From Candidatus Velthaea sp. (lineage in GTDB: Bacteria; Vulcanimicrobiota; Vulcanimicrobiia; Vulcanimicrobiales; Vulcanimicrobiaceae), in assembly GCA_050012475.1 (NCBI GenBank), contig JBEKHC010000114.1:1-14790 (forward strand): a stretch of DNA of 14,790 nucleotides, read 5' to 3'. A model generated the notes under the pieces. That model was given only the letters and a program-made list of their open reading frames with translations, ran no database searches and was not told where the DNA came from. This document shows, piece by piece, positions 8,008 through 14,790 of this stretch. The position numbers were made by a program, and so were the translations under genes. How positions within the stretch are numbered: position 1 is the stretch's first letter; the number at the start of each line of letters is the position of its first letter.

Positions 8008-8013
8008 AGACTA
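8008..8013 (-). promoter_or_regulatory. Possible -10 element for a leaderless transcript of the GNAT fusion gene
   Basis: Minus strand reads cgTAGTCTgaaccGTG (TAnnnT, 5 nt, GTG 8002). No SD and no clear -35. Confidence 0.3.
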
Positions 8014-8253
8014 CGACGGCGATCGAGTATCCGTCCTGGTTGTCGACGAGTCGGAAACGACCGACCCGGTGGTGATGTACGGTTGCGAGGCGCGGATACG
8101 AGCCGGCCGATGATCGCGCGATATGGTCGCCGGCGCCGCCTCATTGGCACCCGCGACCCGCGTTCAAGCCGCCTGTCCCACGCAGTAGCATTCGCTTGGT
8201 CGCGATCGACGCAACGGGAGTGCCGACCGCAAGGAACGGGCGCGGGGCATGAG

Positions 8254-9852
8254 TCAGGCGTCGCGCGGATCCGTCAGCGCGATATGCTGTCGGCTGCGTC
8301 GACCGGGCAACAGGAGCGCCGCGGGAATGCCCAATGCCATCACGACCGCCGCCAGCAAAAACGTATCGCCGTACGCCTGCACCGTCGCGACGAGGCCCGA
8401 TTCTTGAGCCAGCAGCGCGCGGGCGACCGCCGGCGAAACGTGCGTGCCGAGCTGCTGCAGCGAGCGGGCCACGACTTCGCGCGACAGCACGATCGACGAC
8501 GCGGCACCGGAAAGCCGAAACGCGGAGCGGTCGGTGAGAAACGTTTGGCCGACGGCGATACCGAGGCTGCCGCCGACCTGCCAAATGGTGTTGAGGATTC
8601 CCGACGCGCTCGCGGCGCGCGTTTTCGGAACCACCGTCAGCGCGACGGCGGTCAACGGCGTGAACATCAGCCCAAGCGCGGCGGTGCGAATCAGCGAATC
8701 GAATGCAATCCGGTTCACATCCCAATCGAGGTCGATCCGCGCGAACAACAATGTCCCGGCCGCTCCCACGATCGTCCCGGCGAGCACCAGCGGCCGCGCA
8801 CCGATGCGATCCGAGAGCGTTCCCGCCAGCGGCATGAGGAACGCCATCGTCAGTCCCGCGGGGACGAGCACCAAGCCCGAGAGCGTCGGCGGCCAGCCCA
8901 GCACGGTTTGGGTGAAAAGCGGCAGCAGAAAGATCGGCAGATAATACGCCATGCCGAGGATTCCGCGCAAGCCGACCGCGACCGAAAACGTGCGGTTCGC
9001 GAACAGCGAGAGATCCATCATCGGGTGCGCGGCGTGCAGTTCGCGCCAGATGAACAGAACGAACGCCAGTCCGGCGGACGCAAACGAGCTGCGCACCCAC
9101 GGGTCGTCCCAGCCGAGCCGATTGCCCTGCGTCAGCGGGATCAAGAACGCGGCGAGCGCCGCCGTGAGCAGCGCAAATCCCCAGGTGTCGAACGGCGCCC
9201 GGCCGATGCGTTTGTCATCGTGCGGGAGCTTTGCCAGGGCAAGCACAAGACCGGCGACGCCGAACGGGATGCCCAGAAAAAAGATCAGCCGCCAATCGTT
9301 GAGGTTGTCGATGATCCAGCCGCTGACGACCGGGCCGAAGGTCGGCGCGAGCATCATCCCGAGACCCCAGACGCCCAGCGCGCGGCCGCGCTGATGTCCC
9401 GGCACGACGTCGACGATGAGCGCCATCGACGTCGGCGAGACGATCCCGCCGCCGGCGGCCTGCAGAATGCGAAAGGCGATGAGGCTGCCGGCGTCCCAAG
9501 CGAACGCGGTCAAGACCGACGCGACGGTGAAGAGACTGAGCCCGATCAGGTAGATGCGGCGTCGGCCGAATGTATCGGCCAGCCAACCGGCGATCGGCAT
9601 CGCGATCGAGTAGCCGAGCATATAGCCGGTGATGACCCATTCCATCGTGTCGACGTCCGAGCCGAACGTCGCGACCAAATTGGGCAGCACGATATTGGCA
9701 ACCGACGAGTAGAGCGGCCCCAGGAAGTTCCCGACCATCACGACGCCGACCAGAAGCCACGGGTTGACGGCGGCAGGAGCAACCGGCAGCCGAGGCAGAT
9801 GCGGGACGTCGATCGTGAGCGTCGTCCGCACATCGTTCGCAAGCACGGCCAT
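8254..9852 (-). CDS. DHA2 (EmrB/QacA-type, 14-TMS) MFS efflux transporter
   Basis: 532 aa. Motifs: ANIVLPNL, WVITGYML, GWLADTFGRRRIY (motif A), LIAFRILQAAGGG, RGRALG.WG.....AP.FGPVVSGWI, WRLIFFL.IP.G, HPMMDLSLF, GTLSDRIGAR, ASGILN..WQVGGSLGIA. The start overlaps the merR stop (TGATG). Confidence 0.93.
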   Translation of the reverse strand: MAVLANDVRTTLTIDVPHLPRLPVAPAAVNPWLLVGVVMVGNFLGPLYSSVANIVLPNLVATFGSDVDTMEWVITGYMLGYSIAMPIAGWLADTFGRRRIYLIGLSLFTVASVLTAFAWDAGSLIAFRILQAAGGGIVSPTSMALIVDVVPGHQRGRALGVWGLGMMLAPTFGPVVSGWIIDNLNDWRLIFFLGIPFGVAGLVLALAKLPHDDKRIGRAPFDTWGFALLTAALAAFLIPLTQGNRLGWDDPWVRSSFASAGLAFVLFIWRELHAAHPMMDLSLFANRTFSVAVGLRGILGMAYYLPIFLLPLFTQTVLGWPPTLSGLVLVPAGLTMAFLMPLAGTLSDRIGARPLVLAGTIVGAAGTLLFARIDLDWDVNRIAFDSLIRTAALGLMFTPLTAVALTVVPKTRAASASGILNTIWQVGGSLGIAVGQTFLTDRSAFRLSGAASSIVLSREVVARSLQQLGTHVSPAVARALLAQESGLVATVQAYGDTFLLAAVVMALGIPAALLLPGRRSRQHIALTDPRDA

Positions 9853-10304
9853 CAGGGTTCGGCGGCAGTGCGCTCCGCCAGCCGTTGCTCGAGGAACGCA
9901 ACGTCGCGCTCAAGGCCCTGCGCTTCGTTTGTGGCCTCATCGAGTTCGCGCCGGAGCGTTTCGATCCGGTCGTGGACCGCTTCGACGTCGGCCCGCGCCG
10001 CGATGACGACCTGGCGCAGATCCTCGAGCGCAAGGACCGGGCGGCCGCTTTCGTCACGGTACAGCCGATAGTGCAGAATGCGCCGAATCGTCGTGAGCGA
10101 CAGGCCGAGCGCCTGCATACGAAGGATCCGCTCGACCGCCTCGATGTGGCTCGGATCGTACAGCCGATGGCCGCCGGCGGTACGCGACGGCGTGAGGAGA
10201 CCGAGTTCCTCGTAATAGCGCAGCGTGCGGGTGCTGACACCCAAGCGTCCGGCCGCCGCAGCGACCGAGAGCAGTGGCGCCGAGACGGCCAACGATGACG
10301 GCAT
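9852..10304 (-). CDS. MerR-family transcriptional regulator (short; HTH plus coiled coil, no Cys metal site)
   Basis: LSVAAAAGRLGVSTRTLRYYEELGLLTPSRTAGGHRLY, GLSLTTIRRIL and a C-terminal coiled coil. 150 aa with no cysteines. Confidence 0.93.
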   Translation of the reverse strand: MPSSLAVSAPLLSVAAAAGRLGVSTRTLRYYEELGLLTPSRTAGGHRLYDPSHIEAVERILRMQALGLSLTTIRRILHYRLYRDESGRPVLALEDLRQVVIAARADVEAVHDRIETLRRELDEATNEAQGLERDVAFLEQRLAERTAAEP

Positions 10305-10310
10305 ACCGCT

Positions 10311-10330
10311 AGTTTACGTCAACGTAAACT
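10311..10330. promoter_or_regulatory. MerR-family operator palindrome (LiuR-like)
   Basis: AGTTTACGT-CA-ACGTAAACT: perfect 9-bp inverted arms, AT-rich in a GC-rich background, 6 nt upstream of the merR ATG. Confidence 0.85.
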
Positions 10331-10339
10331 TTTTCGCAA
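10311..10339 (-). promoter_or_regulatory. Sigma70-type promoter for a leaderless merR-MFS transcript
   Basis: Minus strand TTGCGA (10339-10334), 17 nt, TAAACT (10316-10311), 6 nt, ATG (10304). No SD. Confidence 0.65.
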
Positions 10340-10427
10340 CACGAATGAGCTAGGCGTTACTGGATTGCCAGCATCCGCCGCGAGCGCCCGCATCGGCTGC
10401 CAGCGGCTCAGCGGCGGGCGATGATGG

Positions 10428-11393
10428 TCAGGCGGCCGGTCGTCCGGGATGCAGGGGCGCGGGGATCGTCGGGTCGACCGCAAGCACGATTTTGCCGCGC
10501 GACTTGCGGCGCGCGAGCTCGGCATAGGCATCGTGAAGCGCCGCGAACGGATAAATCGCGGCCAGCGGCATAACCAGCTCGCCCCAAGCGATGAGGTCCG
10601 CAATGGAAGCGAGGGTTTCGCGCGTTGCCGCCGCTGCCGAACCATCGCCTTTGATGCCGTATTTCGCGACGGCCGCGAAATCGATGATGGTATTGATGCG
10701 CTCGCGCGCGATCCCCAGTTCGATCGCCGTGTCCACGTAGCCGCCGCCGAAGAAATCGAGAAACGCGTCGATGCCCTTGGGCGCAAGTGAACGCAGACGG
10801 TCCGCCAGACCGTTCCCATAGGCGACGTGATCGACGCCGACGGAACGCAGAAACTCCGCATTGTCGTTGCTAGCGATCCCGATCACCCGGGCGCCTGCGC
10901 GGCGCGCGAGCTGGATCGCAAGGGAACCGACGCCACCCGCCGCGCCGGCAACCGCCACGACATCGCCGGGCCGCAACGAGACGGCGCGCACCGCCCCAAC
11001 TGCCGTCGTCGCAACGACAAACAAGCTGCCGGCGCGGTACCAGTCGAGCATCGGCGGCTTCGCAAGCAGATGCGCGAGCTCGCTCACAACGTACTCGGCC
11101 TGCGCCGAACGCTGGTCCGACCAGCCGAGCACCTCGTCGCCCGCGGCAAGGCCGGCGACGCCGCTGCCGACGGAGTCGACGCGCCCGGCAAAGTCCGTCC
11201 CTTGTCCGAAGGGAAAATCTCGCGGGTACATATCCTTGAGATAGCCCTCGCGGATAGAGATCTCGCCGGGATTGGTGCCGGCAGCGACGACGCGCACGAT
11301 GACTTCACCCGGCTTGGGCTCGGGCTTGGCGACGTCGATGATCCGGAGTTGGTCGATTCCGCCGTAGGCGGAGAGCTGCACAGCTTTCGGCAT
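10428..11393 (-). CDS. NADP-dependent oxidoreductase, zinc-independent MDR (quinone reductase-like) family
   Basis: MPKAVQLSAYGG, P.PKPGEVIVRVVAAGTNPGE, GTDFAGRVDSVGSGV, GDEVLG, AQAEY, VAGAAGGVG.LAIQLARRAGARVI, DAFLDFFGG, RGKIVL. The start is placed at ATG 11393 because family-like sequence begins there; the track start 11438 adds 15 unrelated residues. Confidence 0.9.
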   Translation of the reverse strand: MPKAVQLSAYGGIDQLRIIDVAKPEPKPGEVIVRVVAAGTNPGEISIREGYLKDMYPRDFPFGQGTDFAGRVDSVGSGVAGLAAGDEVLGWSDQRSAQAEYVVSELAHLLAKPPMLDWYRAGSLFVVATTAVGAVRAVSLRPGDVVAVAGAAGGVGSLAIQLARRAGARVIGIASNDNAEFLRSVGVDHVAYGNGLADRLRSLAPKGIDAFLDFFGGGYVDTAIELGIARERINTIIDFAAVAKYGIKGDGSAAAATRETLASIADLIAWGELVMPLAAIYPFAALHDAYAELARRKSRGKIVLAVDPTIPAPLHPGRPAA

Positions 11394-11453
11394 ATGCGCG
11401 GCGCTTCGCCCTGGCCCCAAGCGCCCCTTTCCTGACAATAGATTTGCTGAAGC

Positions 11454-12038
11454 CTACTCCAAGAGGCCTTTGGTCGAGAGAACGTCTTCGCCGCCGGTGC
11501 GCGCTTTGGCTTGGCGGAAAGCGCGCGCAAACGCTTTGAACGACGCCTCGCACAGATGATGCGCGACGTCGCCGTTCATCTGCATCAGATGTAAATTGAA
11601 ACGTCCGTTGTCGGACACGGCGCGGAAGAACTCGCGGATCATCTCGGTTTTGAAGTCGCCTAAGTTTTCGACCAGGAACGTGACTTGAAAATTGAGATAG
11701 GCGCGGCCCGAAAGATCGATGCTGCAAGCGACGAGCGCGTCGTCGAGCGGCACCATCATCGAGCCGTAACGTTCGATTCCGCGTTTGTCGCCCAACGCCT
11801 GATAGATCGCCTTGCCCAGCGCGATCCCGACGTCTTCGATGAGATGATGATGGTCCATGCCGTCGCCGCGCGCCACGACCGAGAGTCCGCAGCCGCTGTG
11901 CTTGGCGAACGCCTCGAGCATGTGGTTGAGAAACTTCACATCGGTCGCGACGTCGGTCGCGCCGCCGTCGAGATCGAGCCGCAGATCGATCTGGGTTTCT
12001 TTGGTCGTGCGTTCGACGACCGCCCGCCGGTCGATCAG
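11454..12038 (-). CDS. hisB: Imidazoleglycerol-phosphate dehydratase
   Basis: ERTTKETQI.L.LDLDG, FLNHMLE.FAKH, DHHHLIEDVGIALG, LGDKRGIERYG, DLSGRAYL, HHLCEASFKAFARAFRQA, STKG. Probable start is CTG 12038, with GGAG 7 nt upstream and a CTGA overlap with the citrate synthase stop, giving 194 aa. Confidence 0.93.
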   Translation of the reverse strand: MIDRRAVVERTTKETQIDLRLDLDGGATDVATDVKFLNHMLEAFAKHSGCGLSVVARGDGMDHHHLIEDVGIALGKAIYQALGDKRGIERYGSMMVPLDDALVACSIDLSGRAYLNFQVTFLVENLGDFKTEMIREFFRAVSDNGRFNLHLMQMNGDVAHHLCEASFKAFARAFRQAKARTGGEDVLSTKGLLE

Positions 12039-13237
12039 TTGACGGCTCCGTAGGCAGCGACCGCGGGCCCGATGAGCGGCGGCGGCATCGGGCTGCGATG
12101 ATTGATCGGCTCGAACGGATGCACGTCGGGACCGATATAGGTCGCCTGCGGGCGAATGAGGCGATTCTCTTGTTCTTGCTCGAGGATGTGCGCGCACCAG
12201 CCCGCCATCCGTCCGGCCGCGAACATGCACGTAAACTGATCGCTCGAGATGCCTAAGCTCGACAGCGTCGGCGCCGTGTAGAACTCGACGTTAGCATAGA
12301 TGCGTTTGCCGGGCTTGACTTCTTGCAGCACTTTGTCGGCCGCGTTTTCGAGCGCGCGCGCGATGAGATACCACTTGGTGGCCGACTTTTCGGTGAGGGC
12401 TTTGGCCATCAGCTCGAGATGCTCGGCGCGCGGGTCGCGAATCTTGTATTCGCGGTGGCCCATGCCCATGATCTTGTCGCCCTTCTCGAGCAGCATGCGC
12501 ACGTACGGCTCGGCCTTCTCGGGCAAACCGATCTCTTCGAGCATCTTCATGACCTTGCCCGGCGCGCCGCCGTGCAGATCGCCGGCGAGCGTCGCAACGG
12601 CGCTCGTGACCGCGCCGTAGATGTCGGCGTGCGTCGATGCGGTGACCCGCGCCGCGAAGGTTGAAGCATTGTACGAATGATCGGCGAGCAGGACGAGATA
12701 CGTGTCGAGCGCGCGCTCGGCCTCGACGATCGGTTTCTCGCCGCTGCGCATGTACAAGAAGTTCGCGGCCATGCGCAGCTTGGGGTCCGGCGCGACCGGC
12801 TCGCGTCCGCGCCGGATGCGGTCCCAGGCGGCGATGATCGTCGGCGTTTTGCCGATGAGGTTGATCGCGGCCTCGGGATCGGACGCGTGCGATCCGTCGG
12901 CGCGGTGCGGCATGTAATGTGCGAGCGCGGAGATCGCCGTGCGCAGAACGTCCATCGGCCACGCATCTTTGGGAATTGCGTGCAGGATGCCCATGAGCGC
13001 CGACGGCAGCGCTCGCGCTTCGGCCAGCTTCGACGACAAGTCGTGCAGTTCCGAATGGGTCGGCAGCTGCCCATACAGCAGCAGATGCACGACCTCTTCG
13101 TAGGTTGCGTTCACGGCGAGATCGTGGATATCGTAACCGCGGTAGGTGAGACGACCAATCTGTCCCTCGACGTTGCTCAGGACGGTCTCACCGACGACGA
13201 CGCCCTCGAGACCACGGTCAACCAATACGCCAGGCAT
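12035..13237 (-). CDS. Citrate synthase / 2-methylcitrate synthase family protein (short type, NVEF variant)
   Basis: GLEGV, G.LTYRGYDI.DLA, YEEV.HLLLYGQLP, PMDVLRT, DHSYNASTFAARV.AST.AD, L.GDLHGGA, IMGMGHREYKIRDPRA, ANVEFY, FAAGRMAGWCAHILEQ, RLIRP.A.YIGP. Confidence 0.93.
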   Translation of the reverse strand: MPGVLVDRGLEGVVVGETVLSNVEGQIGRLTYRGYDIHDLAVNATYEEVVHLLLYGQLPTHSELHDLSSKLAEARALPSALMGILHAIPKDAWPMDVLRTAISALAHYMPHRADGSHASDPEAAINLIGKTPTIIAAWDRIRRGREPVAPDPKLRMAANFLYMRSGEKPIVEAERALDTYLVLLADHSYNASTFAARVTASTHADIYGAVTSAVATLAGDLHGGAPGKVMKMLEEIGLPEKAEPYVRMLLEKGDKIMGMGHREYKIRDPRAEHLELMAKALTEKSATKWYLIARALENAADKVLQEVKPGKRIYANVEFYTAPTLSSLGISSDQFTCMFAAGRMAGWCAHILEQEQENRLIRPQATYIGPDVHPFEPINHRSPMPPPLIGPAVAAYGAVN

Positions 13238-13463
13238 GCCGTGGTGTTCGGCTTTTCGCGGCCCGCTCCCGTACGTGAGCTCCGATGAATGTCGCAGCAG
13301 TCATTGCGGCGCGCAGCGGGTTCCGATCCGCGAAAGTACCGGCGCCCGCCGGCGGACGGCTCGATCGCAGCGAAGCGGCCCGAACTGCCTTCCCGCCCGG
13401 CGTCGACAAGCGCGCCTGCGCGCAGGTACGAGCCTCCGCGCGGTCCGCCGACGGCCGCGCAGA

Positions 13464-14462
13464 TCACAAGATGCGAACGATGAGTTTGCCGACGTGCGCC
13501 CCGGGCGCGAAGAGCGACATGAACGCCGCCGGCGCCGCGTCCAAGCCGTCGACGAACGTTTCCAGCCCGGTGATTTTACCGGCGACGACCGCCGGCGCGA
13601 CCTCGTGCACGAATTCGGCGTTGCGCGCCATATGGTCCGAAACGATGAAACCTTGCAGCCTCAAGCGCTTCTGGACCACCGCGATGATGTTGCGCGGCCC
13701 CGGCAGCGGTTCGCAGTAGTTTGCGATCATGCCGCACACCGACACGCGGCCATGATCCTTGAGCACCGCGAGTGCGGCTTCGAGTTGTTCGCCGCCGACG
13801 TTGTCGAAGTAGAAGTCGATCCCGCTCGGCGCCGCGTTGCGCAGTTGCTTGGCCACGTTGCCGGAATCGACGACGATCACGTCGTCGAAATGCAGTTTGT
13901 CGCGCAGAATCTTTGCGTTCTCTTTCGAGCGCGTGCTGCCGATGACGCGCGCGCCGCGCAGTTTCGCCAACTGCCCGGCGATCGTGCCGACGGCACCGGC
14001 TGCCGACGAGATGAACACGGTTTCTTTGGCCTTGACGTCGTCGATCACGAACAAGCCGACGTACGCGGTGAAGCCGGGCATGCCTAAAACACCGAGATAG
14101 GCGCTGGGCGAAACGCCGACGGCCTCGATCGCCCGGAACGCCTGCGCCGGTCCGACCGCGTGCGTACGCCAGCCCAGCGAGTGCAACACGGTCGTGCCGA
14201 CCGGGAAGCGGGCGTCGCGTGAACTTTCGACCACCCCGACCGCGCCGCCGTCGAGCGCCTTGCCGACCTCGAACGGCGCGACGTACGACGGTGCGTCGCT
14301 CATCCGCCCGCGCATGTACGGGTCGACCGACAGAAACGTGTTGCGGACCAAGAGTTGGCCGGCGCCCGGCGCCGCCAGCTCGACGTCGGCCAGCGCGAAA
14401 TTTTCGGCCGACGGCAGGCCATCCGGACGTGAAACGAGCCGGATCTCGCGTCCTGTATGCAT
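13464..14462 (-). CDS. NADP-dependent oxidoreductase, prostaglandin reductase/CurA (YncB)-like MDR family
   Basis: L.SRPDG.P..ENF, FLSVDPYMRGRM, LGVLGMPGFTAYVGL, ETVFISSAAGAVG.IAGQLAKLRGARVIG, GIDFYFDNVGGE.LEAAL, GRVSVCGMIANY, RLRLQGFIV.DH, GKLIV. The start is probably ATG 14462; the track start 14504 adds 14 residues. Confidence 0.92.
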   Translation of the reverse strand: MHTGREIRLVSRPDGLPSAENFALADVELAAPGAGQLLVRNTFLSVDPYMRGRMSDAPSYVAPFEVGKALDGGAVGVVESSRDARFPVGTTVLHSLGWRTHAVGPAQAFRAIEAVGVSPSAYLGVLGMPGFTAYVGLFVIDDVKAKETVFISSAAGAVGTIAGQLAKLRGARVIGSTRSKENAKILRDKLHFDDVIVVDSGNVAKQLRNAAPSGIDFYFDNVGGEQLEAALAVLKDHGRVSVCGMIANYCEPLPGPRNIIAVVQKRLRLQGFIVSDHMARNAEFVHEVAPAVVAGKITGLETFVDGLDAAPAAFMSLFAPGAHVGKLIVRIL

Positions 14463-14538
14463 GCCAGCCACGTTCCGCGAGCGGCGTTCTTCCCCCGGCA
14501 ACATTCTACCGCGCTCCGTGACCGGGACCGCCGAACGG

Positions 14539-14790
14539 CTAAACCAGCGCCGCGCGCCCCAGAGCGTAGCCCACGAGGCGGTCGATCAGCGCGTCGTACG
14601 AGATGCCCGCGCTCTGCGCGGCATCGGGCAAGAGCGATTGCTGGGTCAAGCCCGGTAAGGCGTTGACTTCCAGAATATAGGGCCGGCCTTCTTTGGTGAC
14701 GATGAAGTCGGTGCGCGAACAATCCCGCAGGCCGATCAGCCGGTGAACCGAGAGCGCCAACATTTGCAGCCGCGCGGTGAGATCGCGATC
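14539..14790 (-). CDS. ddl: D-alanine--D-alanine ligase, C-terminal part (5' end outside window)
   Basis: The frame is open to the window edge (DRDLTARLQMLALSVHRLIG...). ATP-grasp Ddl C-terminal motifs: SRTDF, ILEVNALPGLTQQSLLP.AA..AGISY..L. Stop TAG at 14541-14539. Confidence 0.9.
   Translation of the reverse strand, partial: DRDLTARLQMLALSVHRLIGLRDCSRTDFIVTKEGRPYILEVNALPGLTQQSLLPDAAQSAGISYDALIDRLVGYALGRAALV

Noticed and set aside
5120..8253. Mobile element boundaries (att sites, terminal repeats) around the low-GC gene
   Set aside because: Only weak GATC/CGATCG-rich similarities common throughout the window; no recombinase or tRNA nearby.
7852..10071. 739-aa + strand ORF
   Set aside because: Antisense shadow of the MFS and merR genes; Arg/Gln-rich with no motifs, as expected in high-GC DNA.
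10385..10420. CGCCCGC...GCGGGCG inverted repeat after the MDR oxidoreductase
   Set aside because: Short all-GC arms, long loop and no U-tract; insufficient for a terminator call.
12039..12230. 64-aa N-terminal extension of HisB from GTG 12230
   Set aside because: Lies entirely inside the citrate synthase gene, is low-complexity, and a better SD plus CTG start exists at 12038.
13238..13463. 226-nt intergenic region with palindrome CCTGCGCGCAGG (13415-13426) as ncRNA or operator
   Set aside because: GC-rich palindromes of this size are expected by chance here, and no RNA family consensus was recognised; an Rfam/Infernal scan would settle it.
14539..14790. Van-type (D-Ala-D-Lac/D-Ser) ligase
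   Set aside because: Only the C-terminus is visible, it looks like ordinary Ddl, and no van genes follow it.

Overview
High-GC bacterial chromosomal window with two convergent gene blocks. On the + strand (1-5119) lie two tandem paralogous beta-propeller sugar/sorbosone-dehydrogenase-family genes, a translationally coupled PLP-dependent cysteine-desulfurase-like gene, and a stand-alone kdpA with no kdpF/B/C beside it. On the - strand, in transcription order from 14790 to 5354, lie the 3' end of ddl, a PTGR/CurA-type NADP oxidoreductase, citrate synthase coupled to hisB, a Qor-like MDR oxidoreductase, a MerR-family regulator coupled to a DHA2 MFS efflux pump, and a lower-GC 882-aa orphan gene. 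The orphan is the best candidate for an undescribed system: an N-terminal GNAT acetyltransferase fused, through an unrecognised middle region, to a CorA-like helical stalk plus two TM helices. Other notable points are a solitary KdpA with altered filter loops, hisB apparently starting at CTG, a perfect LiuR-type palindrome over the merR promoter, and several apparently leaderless promoters. No tRNA, rRNA, CRISPR array or transposase was seen. All family assignments come from motif recognition by eye; no database searches were run.
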